Counted from the stretch's first letter, positions 45,401-55,102 are shown. The stretch is 64,000 nucleotides of DNA from an uncultured Methanosarcinaceae archaeon (GCA_963833425.1 CAWHXP010000003.1:352001-416000); one strand, 5' to 3'. The notes: generated from the sequence alone by a model not told the origin. Program-made: numbers and translations.

Positions 45401-46226
45401 ATATAGTATGCGATTACACACTTTGGGACTTTTTATTATTTCATGGTCTCCCAATTTTTTCTCAATCATTCAAAACAATGAAATTTTAATTTCATTAAAA
45501 TAAATTCTGAAACTTTTCTTTTGGTTTTGAGCGTATTGACTGATTTTCGCTTATGCTACTTCACGATTCTCGCGATGATTCACTTTTACGTTCTTTGTAG
45601 TACTTTTATCCTAATCAGTTATAAAAATCAGATTCCTTGATTTATTGATATGATTTTAAACAAGCTTACATTTTTTAATTTTTTTTGTACTTATTAGGAG
45701 CATAATAATCGATTGAAACTTGTATATTTCTATGAGCTTTGAAATGATCTAGTTTACAGACACATAGGCGAAAATCTGGTTCTTTGCGGTTTGTTGAATT
45801 GAAAATAATTGTCCAGTTGAGAAGTGACCATGCTAAAGATGTAAACATCGAATAGAAACCTGCTTCTGTCACAATAAATTTTTTGAAAACGTATGCCTAT
45901 AAAAAATTATGTTAGTAAATAAAAGTATTAAGTCTTCATCTAAAATAGCAAACAGCTTACAAAATTAACCTGTCTTGCTTCTTTAGAGAAGTGATGGTTT
46001 TAGATTCTGAAGACTTCGAAAAAAAATCATTATTAATATTTAATTGTTTTTCGATTATAAAAAATTTTATGCAAGATTATTTTTCGTTTAGAAACTATTT
46101 TTCGTATAATTAATTTAAAGTAATTTGTATGATAAAAACGGACATATTAGACAGTGTATCATCAGTACAATAAGAAGATAATCGAATTTACAACATAAAT
46201 TAAAATAAATTTTGGAGTCCAAGCAA

Positions 46227-46808
46227 ATGGGAAAACAAATATTTAATAGAAATAGAATAAAAAAGGTACTGGTTACTTTGGTAGCAGTCCTTGTGACAGC
46301 ATCCTTGACAGGAATGGTAGCTGTTGCTGCACATGGTCATGGCGGACACGGTGGACACGGGCATGGACACGGACATGGACACGGGCATGGACATGGGCAT
46401 GAGCATGGACATGGACATGGACATGGGCATGGACACGGGCATGGACATGGGCATCATCACTTCCACCATTGGCATGATCACAGGCATCACAGCTATCATG
46501 ATCACTACTATGATGGCGTGTACTTCGCAGGTTATGAATGGGTATATAATCCTGTTACTCTAGTGTGGGACTGGACTTACATAGGCGGAGATGACGGCGA
46601 CGTTGTAGCAACACCCGTTGTAGCAACACCCGTTGTAGCAACACCCGTTGTAGCAACACCCGTTGTAGCAACTCCTGTTGCAGAAACACCCGTTGTGGTA
46701 GGCGAATATGACGGCGGATACTATGACGGCGGATACTATGGACATGGACACGGGCATGGACATGGACATGGCGGACACGGACATGGGCATGGCGGACACA
46801 GACATTGA
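46227..46808 (+). CDS. Secreted His/Gly-rich low-complexity protein
   Basis: Signal peptide, (HG)n tract, aromatic block, (VVATP)x5, YDGGY x2, His/Gly tail; third-position variation (CAT/CAC, GGA/GGG/GGC) supports this frame; GGAG RBS. Confidence 0.85.
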   Translation: MGKQIFNRNRIKKVLVTLVAVLVTASLTGMVAVAAHGHGGHGGHGHGHGHGHGHGHGHEHGHGHGHGHGHGHGHGHHHFHHWHDHRHHSYHDHYYDGVYFAGYEWVYNPVTLVWDWTYIGGDDGDVVATPVVATPVVATPVVATPVVATPVAETPVVVGEYDGGYYDGGYYGHGHGHGHGHGGHGHGHGGHRH

Positions 46809-47441
46809 CACGGTGGTCATGGAGGACACGGGGGACACGGCCATCATAGATAGATATTAAGAACATTCTCCGAGTCTAAGAGCTGTTGAGTATGAAATGA
46901 AACAGTATCATGGCCATTTTCAAGGCATTAAGAATAAATTCCTGATAAAATGCCTTGAATTGATGGCTGTATTCTTATTTTCATATAAGTTTGGTTCTTC
47001 GTTGTTTTGTGCGGGTTGAAAATAATCATCCAGTTGAAAACTGACCATACAAAGAGATGAAGAAAGATTATGCATATTGCGTACTCACTTCGAAAGTGGA
47101 AGTATAATCCCCAACTTAATATAGTAAAGTTCGGAAATAAAAAAATCATCATTAATATTTAATTGTTTTTGATTATGAAAAATATTATGCGGTATTATTT
47201 TTTGTTTAGAAACTATTTTTCATATAATTAATTTAAAATAACTACTGGGATAAAATTATGAAAATCCTACAAATTGTAGAGGCCTAATAAATATCCAGAA
47301 CAGCAGTGGCTGCTATGGTGCTGCACATCGTCGTCACGACCACTATCCTGGATCACCATTGGCATCATCATCATAACGATGACTGTTGGAGGTAGGATTG
47401 TTAATAGAATAATGACAAAAATTGCAAAAGAGAGGATTAAA

Positions 47442-47772
47442 ATGACCAAAACTAAATTTGATACAGCAAGTGGAAAGCATAATAGATAGCTGTTTTAGGA
47501 ATCACTGCACTAGCACTTTTAATGAAATGATTATCGCAAGTGCTGAGCAACTTGCAGATATACCAAACTCTAGCAGCAACAATGTCTCTAATTTAAATAA
47601 CGCACTTGAAAATGACATAAAAACTCAGGACAAAGCGATTGGAATTAACCCGCTGAACTCAACGGCTTGGAAAAATAAAGGACTTGTTTTAGATAATTTA
47701 AACAAATCAGATGAAGTCATTAAAGCATATGACAAAGCAATTGAAATTGACTCGCAAAACTTAAAAGCTTAG
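47442..47772 (+). pseudogene. TPR protein paralogue, early stop and collapsed repeats
   Basis: MTKTKFDTASGKHNR* followed by about one remaining TPR; colinear with the 43451 gene. Confidence 0.85.
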
Positions 47773-47921
47773 CACAATAAAAAGAATTCATCTAAAGAAA
47801 ATAAATCCCATTAACAGATGATTATACAATAAAGGAACTTTACCTAAATAGATTAGATATATCCAATTTATAGGTTGAATAGTACTTAATTTTATTTATT
47901 TTTTTTGCGAGATAAAATATA

Positions 47922-49057
47922 AAGGATTTCGATAAACTTCGGTTTTATTTCTTAGCAGTAATTTCTCGTATCTTCCCCTCAATTTCTCTATTTAATTCCT
48001 CTTTTTGGCTTTACTTATTCTCAATTCTTTGATTTTAAAGATAGCTTCCGCTATCTTCAATATACTTTTTTTTTATTTTCAATGTCCTTAATTGATAGAG
48101 ATTATAACAAAAAGCCGTACACAACATTTTTAGATTTACTATTTTAACAGTAGTAACAAAAACTCTTCCTGCTTTGAAAATTTCTTTCGTTACTGAATAA
48201 ACTCTTTCCCCTTGGACTCTTTTTGAGTTAATTCCCTTATTTCTTAATATATCCTTTATTCCCAACGTATGTCCTTTGACCGCTCTTTTCATTGTTGCAT
48301 TATACCCTTTCGTTTTTGCTCCAAAGTATCCTCTGTCCCTATAAACCACTTCGTTTTCCTCTGTTATATCTACATACGAATCATGTACGGACGCAGTTGT
48401 TGTTTTGAATCTTCTGATCAGCTCATAATCTCTGTCTATTATATTATGACGCTTATATCCAAAGTGAGACTTACCTCCCTCCTTTGTCCATGGTTCCATC
48501 TCTGCTTCTTCTTGTTTTTGCCTCATCTCTCTGCTTTTGCATGTCCTGGATCTGAATGGATAAAAGTAGCATCCTGAATAATTCCCTGCTTTATCTGTAA
48601 ACCCAGAGCATAAAGTTGGCTTTGCAACTTTACCCATATTTTCTTTGAAATTCTCGATAATTCTCTCCCTAAATAGCCATACAGTAGTACTGTCAGGCAT
48701 GTATTCCGGAAATCCAAGGAATTTCCTAAAAGAAATTCGATCTATACAATGTTTCTCAAGTTCAAAATCAGAGAGACCATGCCATTGTTGTAAAACAAGC
48801 ATTTTGAATATCACAATGACATCAGTTTTAGGTATCCCTCCTGAAACGGTTTTGTTGATATATATAGACTCAAGAATAATACGAAACGCTTTCCAATCAA
48901 TTCAGGAAGCAATTTCAGCAAGCTTATCTCCAACAGATTCAAGACGTTTATACTCTTCTTTAAGAGCAAAATCAGTAAGAGTTTTCATGAATATACATAA
49001 ATATTGACAAATTTAAAACCAACCATGCTCAAGAGCAGGGAGTTTATCGAAATTCTC
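47922..49057 (-). mobile_element. IS5-family element, both ends present, frameshifted (copy 4)
   Basis: TIRs AAGGATTTCGATAAACT / AGTTTATCGAAATTCTC flanked by TATA; transposase ORF 48035-48814 with a scrambled middle. Confidence 0.92.
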
Positions 49058-49061
49058 TATA

Positions 49062-49736
49062 GAATGTATTTTTTCTGAATCGTATCTTTATCCATTAAAT
49101 AACAATTAGACTTTCTCATCTTATTTAATTGTCTTATCAGAGCATTTGCATGTTTGATTTCATTGTCTGTTTTTTGACTAATTTTCCATCCCAATATTAC
49201 CTTTTTATTTGTGTCTACTGATATTGAAGTTCCCTGCTCTTATGGAATAGTAATAACTTGCATATAACCTCGTAAATTCTGTTGCGTCAATCACTGCAAT
49301 AGAGATATTCACTCCATATTAGTAAAACAGTTTTAGAATCCTTGACAGAAGAAGGTTAAACAGGGAGGAGGGAATTCTAGCTACAAACTTTTGAAGGGCA
49401 GTGAAATGTGGAATCTTATCTAAGAAAGTTTTTCTTTTATATCGCTCATAAGGTCAAATAGTTCTACAAAATCTCGATAGTCTGTACTAATATACTCTTT
49501 CAATAAAACCAGTACAAGAAGTTTATGCTTGGTATAAACGTGTTTTGAATACTTGCAGGAATAAAGCTTCAGTCTCGAAGACTGAACAGTTAAGGCTGGT
49601 ATGAACAAATTTAAAGTACTTTTTAAATTTCTATATAGAATGTTCCTTCGTTTTATCAGAAAAATAAGAAGAGTATTCTAACGGAACATTATAAACTATA
49701 ATGTAAAAGTTCAATTTAGAGCATTTCTACAGAGCC
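49062..49736 (-). mobile_element. Second-subfamily IS5 element, 5' part only
   Basis: End ATTTCTACAGAGCC (reverse complement of 30362); YSCKYSKHVYTKHKLL..DYRDFVEL; homologous to 30362-31040. Confidence 0.82.
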
Positions 49737-50028
49737 AAGATTTGGTTTTTAGTCAGGACAACTTTTGACAAAAATGCTTATGTACATATTAATACATTAG
49801 CACACAAAAATTTGAGATATTTATAACTTAACCAAGTGTGAGATGTGAGATTCGAAGACTAATTTTAAGTCTGGCTCTTTGACCTAGCTGTACAACTCTC
49901 GCAAATTGAAGGATAGTTTTTTATTTTTTGCTTCTCTCCACTTTTTTATTTTTTTCCCAATCATTCTGGTTTACTTCAATCTATTTTTTAGTCCAATATA
50001 TTTTTTGATAACCCAACTTGGTAATTTT

Positions 50029-50646
50029 CTAAAATGGGATTTCCCATAGAGGATACCACTTTTCTATATTTTTTTCAATGGACAATTCTCTTTCCATTTC
50101 TGCTCTGAGCCTGAATTCGAAAGAGCTGTCCCTTTGCTTATCTGAGAGAGGAATAAAAGGGTAGTAATTTCCCTGCTTGAAGTTATATATCCAGTATACA
50201 GCTTTTAGTCTGTCAATTTTTTCTTCGCTATTAATAGTCAAATCCACAGATTCGCTGTCAAATCTGTAAATGGCACATAGGATCTGTTCTCCAAGTCCAC
50301 GCTCTTCGAGGGTCTGGCTTACAAGGTAGATATTTGCAACAATATTTTCAAAATCTGGATCTTTAAAAATAACCCAGAGGAAATTATATTTATCCTTTTC
50401 AATTCTGAACTCTGTCCCTTTATCCTTCGAGCTATATTCCAGAAGCTCCTGAATTTCTTTTCTAGTGGATTCGTAGGCTGAGGTATCGATGGGCTTAAAA
50501 CAGATACCTGCATATTCTGATGGTTTCAAGCCTAGATTACTTTCCAAAGTAATGCAAGCCGTGGAAATTTCAAACAGCTTTTCACTCTTTGCTTTAGGAA
50601 GCCTACTCCTCCCAAGAACTGCATCCATAAAATCCTGGAAACCCAT
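50029..50646 (-). CDS. PspA-associated protein PspAB family
   Basis: N-terminal DAVLGRSRLPK, YWIYNFKQGNYYPFIP, WYPLWEIPF; located directly downstream of htpX. Confidence 0.7.
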   Translation of the reverse strand: MGFQDFMDAVLGRSRLPKAKSEKLFEISTACITLESNLGLKPSEYAGICFKPIDTSAYESTRKEIQELLEYSSKDKGTEFRIEKDKYNFLWVIFKDPDFENIVANIYLVSQTLEERGLGEQILCAIYRFDSESVDLTINSEEKIDRLKAVYWIYNFKQGNYYPFIPLSDKQRDSSFEFRLRAEMERELSIEKNIEKWYPLWEIPF

Positions 50647-50862
50647 TTAGCTTATCTCCTCAATTTCTGAGACTTTTAATATCTCCTAGTATCAACAAAA
50701 TATATCATTGCTTTCAATGTTAATTGATTGCGATTAATAAAAAGCTCAAAAAATAATAAAAAACCTCTGAGTCTCCTGCTTAAAAATATCTATTAAACGT
50801 ATTAGCACAACTTATCTGCTCAAATTATTTATTTTACATGTCTGCTTAACTTATACGCTTAT

Positions 50863-51744
50863 TTAATACATTTCCCTTTGCATTTGTTCAAGCTTTGCTA
50901 TCCTTTTTTCCACAGATGGATGAGTGGAAAATAGATTCATAATCGAAGAACTTGAGATTGCAGGGATGATGAAAAAGCCATTCATTCCTTCCATCTTCCT
51001 TAGATCTTCATCAGGTACCCTGTCCATGAGCCCACTTATTTTCATGAGAGCAGATGCAAGATCAGAAGGCTGTCCAGTAATAATGGCCGAGCCTCTGTCT
51101 GCAGAATATTCCCTGTAACGGGACAGAGCGCGAATCAGCAGAAAACTTATAATCCAAACTGCGATTGAGACCAGCCAGACAAGCACAAAGCTTCCCCCTT
51201 CACGCCGCCTATCTCCTCCAATGTTGAAGTAAAGGCTATAGCGGACAAAGTAAAAAGCTACTGTTGAAATAAAACTGGCAATAGTCATGACAGCCATATC
51301 TCTGTTCTTAACGTGGCTTAGCTCGTGGGCAAGTACAGCCTCAAGTTCAGCTGAAGAGAGTTTATCTAGAATTCCTGTCGTAACTGCTATAAATGCTTTA
51401 TTCGGGCTCCGACCTGTCGCGAAAGCATTTGGGACTTCGGTATTGACAATTGCAATTTGAGGTTTTGGTAAGTCAGCGAGTGCACAAAGCCTTGTTATCA
51501 TCCCATGAAGCTTTGGTGCCTCGATTTCGGAGACTACCTGCGCTCCAGTCGTCCAGAGTACCATTTTATCTGAATAAAAATATTGAACGCCCATAAAAAG
51601 ACCAATAAATATAATCATAACAATCGAAGGGGTTCCATAGTACGAAAGGAATGCAAGGAAAAATAGGTAAACTACCGCCAGAAGAAACATTGTGAAAAAC
51701 ATCCGTTCCTGTAGTCCTAAGTCTCGTTCCCACTTTCTTTTCAT
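50863..51744 (-). CDS. htpX: Zinc metalloprotease HtpX (M48)
   Basis: PNAFATG, AHELSH zinc motif, SRYREYSAD, STHP. Confidence 0.94.
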   Translation of the reverse strand: MKRKWERDLGLQERMFFTMFLLAVVYLFFLAFLSYYGTPSIVMIIFIGLFMGVQYFYSDKMVLWTTGAQVVSEIEAPKLHGMITRLCALADLPKPQIAIVNTEVPNAFATGRSPNKAFIAVTTGILDKLSSAELEAVLAHELSHVKNRDMAVMTIASFISTVAFYFVRYSLYFNIGGDRRREGGSFVLVWLVSIAVWIISFLLIRALSRYREYSADRGSAIITGQPSDLASALMKISGLMDRVPDEDLRKMEGMNGFFIIPAISSSSIMNLFSTHPSVEKRIAKLEQMQREMY

Positions 51745-51818
51745 ATGTTATTTCGCCTATCCAGATATTTAATTTATTTAATTTCAGCTTAAACAATAAT
51801 CAAGCTAGGTTAAATGAT

Positions 51819-51908
51819 AACGAATTTCAATAAATCCCTAAATTTCGTTGCATGTGGATAAATTTTATGTAATAGAACTGTAGAAATCAGAATTTTGTCG
51901 AAATCCTC
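51819..51908. mobile_element. MITE (~90 bp) upstream of htpX
   Basis: CGAATTTCAATAAATCCC ... AATTTTGTCGAAATCCTC. Confidence 0.6.
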
Positions 51909-52089
51909 AATAATTAAGTATAGGTTAAGTTGACATATTAAATGAACTACCTATAGATTAAATGAACTACCTGTAAATTAACTAAACCTAAAACAAAACT
52001 GCAAAGATAGCTAATAAAAATTATGGTGTCGAACCCGGCAGAAAACAACTTGTATCTTTTCGCCAACTCCTTGAATATAAAGGAATTAT

Positions 52090-52420
52090 TACGGATCAAA
52101 TATTTTCATTCACTTATAAGCTCCCTTCTTCTAGTTTTCCTAACTTCCAACATAATTTTTATTACATTTGAAGTTGTACCATTACCCTTAATTCCAATAT
52201 AACTTATATAACTCTATAATTCACTAGTAGAACTGTTTTTAATTTGAGAATGATACTTAAAGATTTTTCTTGCTGGGATACGCTATATTAATCTGCATCA
52301 CTCTTGAAGGAGAATACTTTTGGTTCAGCAACAATAAAAGATGTATAATCGCCATCATCATTATTGAATTAAACTCAAAACATTACCTTTTACCAGTCTA
52401 AATGATAGATATTTCAAATA
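52090..52420 (-). mobile_element. IS200/IS605 TnpA remnant
   Basis: Minus-strand fragments DDGDY..VAEPK, YSPSRVMQI, ARKIFK, GNGTTSNVIK colinear with the other TnpA remnants. Confidence 0.65.
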
Positions 52421-52489
52421 GTTTATAATATCATTGTTTTAAATAAATTTTTCCCGATACTTCATACAAAAAACATGTGATGTATTGAA

Positions 52490-52577
52490 GAGGATCTCAA
52501 TAGACCTCTGATTTTCACGATTAATTCGTATACAATTTATCAACAACGGAAATGGAGAAGTTTATTTAAATATTCTC
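52490..52577. mobile_element. MITE (88 bp)
   Basis: GAGGATCTCAATAGACCTC ... AAGTTTATTTAAATATTCTC. Confidence 0.6.
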
Positions 52578-53115
52578 TATTTTATAAATATAATTATTTT
52601 AATTACATTGTTCTTTAAGTAGGCAAACGTACTTAAAATATAAACCAGTTATTTAATAACAGTTATCGGGAACGTTTCCATATCCGCAGCAAGCTGAGGT
52701 ATTTTTGGCTGGAATAAAAATAGTCATTCGGAACTGCAACAAATTGGAAATAGTTAATCACTCAGTATAACTAAACCAAATGAAGATAGCTTTATTTTGA
52801 ACTTTGGTATGCTGTTCCAATCTTATGCACCAATAAAATTGGCCAAGTGAAATCTTTTGTTTAATGGGTTAATTTTCAGGTCTTGATGCGTGTATAAAAT
52901 TATTTATACATATATTTAATGTTCTATGCAGAAACTATAAACTGCTTCACTAAGATTGGCTATACAGATCAAGGATAAGAGCTAGGGAAAAATATGTAAT
53001 TCCCAAGTATTTCAAGGCATATTTTGATAGTTTTAATTTATTTAAGCAAAAATAGCAGCTAAGCCAAACAAATTTGCAGGTAGGCAGAGTTATTAAAAAA
53101 GTATTTATCGGCAAA

Positions 53116-53826
53116 TTAATAAAGTTTGATCGGCTCAATTCCCATTTTTTCCATCAAGCAGGCAGGGATATCAATTACTTGCGAAACTGAATCGATCACA
53201 ATTCCATCTGAAGTTGCCACGAAGAGGTCGTTTTTCGAACGTCCTTTATATTCCTTAAGTTCGAAATCAGTGGCTTTTGAAATTCGAGCATCACCTGGAA
53301 TTCCATGTTCTTCCATTTTGTAGCGAATGAAACTTGCAAGTTCCCCACTCCGACTGATTTGAGCATCCAGTAGAAAAACAACTGATTTAGGATTGGCTTC
53401 GCACAGAAATTTAATAACTAGATCCAGGGATTCCTCAAGATTTTTTACATTTTTTGCTTTACTGAAGTAACGGCGAGTATCTCTTACATAACCGTCATCA
53501 CATAACCACATCGGTTTTTTCCTAAGAAGATTATCCACTCCAAGAAGAACGTTATACCCATCTAGTAGAATATCTTTATACTTTATGTCTGTATAGGTTA
53601 CTTTTTTACTAATTCTGGGAACTATCCTGTCAGGAGATACAATAATCCTTGTAAGAATGTGCCGTTCTTCTACGTTGAGCTGAAAATGGTCAGCTACGAA
53701 ACGGATGGTAACAAACTTTGGGTAACCCAATAAAAGTATTCTTCGAATATCTCTGGCAGGTTTGAGTAATTTTTCTCTTATAGCAGAATCGTATAAATAA
53801 AAGGAACCTTCATACATATCTTTCAC
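53116..53826 (-). CDS. DUF434-domain protein
   Basis: LLLGYPK..IRFVADHFQL, ILLDGYNVL, CDDGYVRD, LDAQISRSG, VATSDG; start reset to the GTG after an AGGAG RBS. Confidence 0.8.
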   Translation of the reverse strand: MKDMYEGSFYLYDSAIREKLLKPARDIRRILLLGYPKFVTIRFVADHFQLNVEERHILTRIIVSPDRIVPRISKKVTYTDIKYKDILLDGYNVLLGVDNLLRKKPMWLCDDGYVRDTRRYFSKAKNVKNLEESLDLVIKFLCEANPKSVVFLLDAQISRSGELASFIRYKMEEHGIPGDARISKATDFELKEYKGRSKNDLFVATSDGIVIDSVSQVIDIPACLMEKMGIEPIKLY

Positions 53827-53976
53827 ACATACTTGTCTCCTTTTAAAAAGGGAGTACTTTAAATGAATGAACAGATATCTAACATATACATATTTGCGCA
53901 AATAAAAATAGCAACATATGACATTCGGCATTCAATTGCCTGTGAAGTCCTTTGCTCCGGTTCTGTTCAGTTTAAA

Positions 53977-54068
53977 GAGGATTTCGACATACCTATTCAT
54001 TTTTTCACATGCTGTTCATAAATGGTCATTAAATAATTCGTGAAAATAAGTGGTTTATCGAAATTCTC
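53977..54068. mobile_element. MITE (92 bp) upstream of alanine dehydrogenase
   Basis: GAGGATTTCGACATACC ... GGTTTATCGAAATTCTC. Confidence 0.75.
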
Positions 54069-54121
54069 TAGAGTTGGTTTTTAGCTGAGGTCAGTTCAGG
54101 GCTCAGGATGGGGGTTATGCT

Positions 54122-55102
54122 ATGGAAGTATTATGGCTGTCTCAGGAAGAAGTAAAAAGTGTTATAGATATGCTTTCTGTTATGCAAGTTGTGGAAAGAG
54201 CTTTCAGGCAACACGGGCTTGGTAAGGTACAGATGCCTCCCAAATCCTATATTTACTATACTGCTTATAACGGGGATCTGCGCACAATGCCTGCATATCT
54301 TGAAGAAGAGAATATCACTGGCGTGAAAATTGTAAATGTTCATCCCGAAAATCCAACTCTTGGGATTCCCACCGTAATGGCGTTAATAGTCCTTATTTCT
54401 GCGGAAACAGGTGCCCCTATGGCAGTTATGGACGGAACATGGCTGACAGATGTCAGAACCGGAGCAGCAGGGGGAATTGCGGCGAAATATCTGGCAAGAA
54501 GGAATTCAAAAATTATAGGGCTGATTGGGGCTGGAAATCAGGCAAGGACCCAACTTGAAGCTCTTTGTGAAGTATTTGACCCTGAACTAGTGAAAATAAC
54601 TTCCAGAACGAAAAAAAGCTGTGAACAATTTATCCGAGACATGGCAGGCACTCAGCCTTCAGAAATTCGCTACGAAGAAAAAATAGAAAATGTATGCGAT
54701 TGTGATATTTTGGTGACAACAACTACAACCCGCAAACCGATCGTGAAAGCCCAATGGATTAAAGAAGGTACTCATATAAATGCAATTGGAGCCGATGCAG
54801 TGGGAAAAGAAGAACTCGATCCCGAACTTATTATCCACTCCAAGATAATTGTAGATGATATGGTCCAGGCGCTTCATTCGGGTGAAGTAAATGTTCCTCT
54901 TTCGAAGCACTACATTTCTGAAAATGATATCCATGCTCAGCTCGGTGAAATAATAGTAGGTCTGAAACCTGGTCGGGTCAATGAAGAGGAGATTACAATC
55001 TTCGATTCAACAGGTCTTGCCATTCAGGACGTTGCAGCTGCACATCTGGTTTATGAGAGGGCTGTCAGTAAAGGGATCGGAAGTCAAGTACACATGTTCT
55101 AA
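54122..55102 (+). CDS. ala: Alanine dehydrogenase (ornithine cyclodeaminase/mu-crystallin family)
   Basis: VQMPPK, GDLRTMPA, GVKIVNVHP, RTGAAGG, GAGNQA, FDSTGLAIQD. Confidence 0.85.
   Translation: MEVLWLSQEEVKSVIDMLSVMQVVERAFRQHGLGKVQMPPKSYIYYTAYNGDLRTMPAYLEEENITGVKIVNVHPENPTLGIPTVMALIVLISAETGAPMAVMDGTWLTDVRTGAAGGIAAKYLARRNSKIIGLIGAGNQARTQLEALCEVFDPELVKITSRTKKSCEQFIRDMAGTQPSEIRYEEKIENVCDCDILVTTTTTRKPIVKAQWIKEGTHINAIGADAVGKEELDPELIIHSKIIVDDMVQALHSGEVNVPLSKHYISENDIHAQLGEIIVGLKPGRVNEEEITIFDSTGLAIQDVAAAHLVYERAVSKGIGSQVHMF

Larger units (their letters stand above)
45990..47921 (+). repeat. Duplicated cassette, unit B
   Basis: Colinear with 42380-44445; ends at the IS5 insertion site. Confidence 0.85.

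Noticed and set aside
46806..46808. Selenocysteine readthrough of the TGA in the His-rich gene
   Set aside because: The position corresponds to Gly in the repeat, and Methanosarcina is not known to use Sec; a point mutation is simpler.
46200..46866. Cys-rich (CYNGC)n, Met-rich (MSMS/MDMD) and (QRVLL)n ORFs that look like metallothionein or RiPP precursors
   Set aside because: Alternate frames of the His/Gly and VVATP repeats; third-position variation, the signal peptide and the RBS support only the 46227 frame.
12409..50031. Genome-wide reassignment of TAG to pyrrolysine
   Set aside because: TAG ends genes at what look like natural C-termini (kinase ..WIDLIP, pspAB ..WEIPF, pheA), so it still serves as a stop here.
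37770..51975. Short direct repeats (~37780, 42490, 42561, 51938) as a CRISPR array
   Set aside because: Only 2-3 adjacent copies, no unique spacers of regular length, no cas genes.
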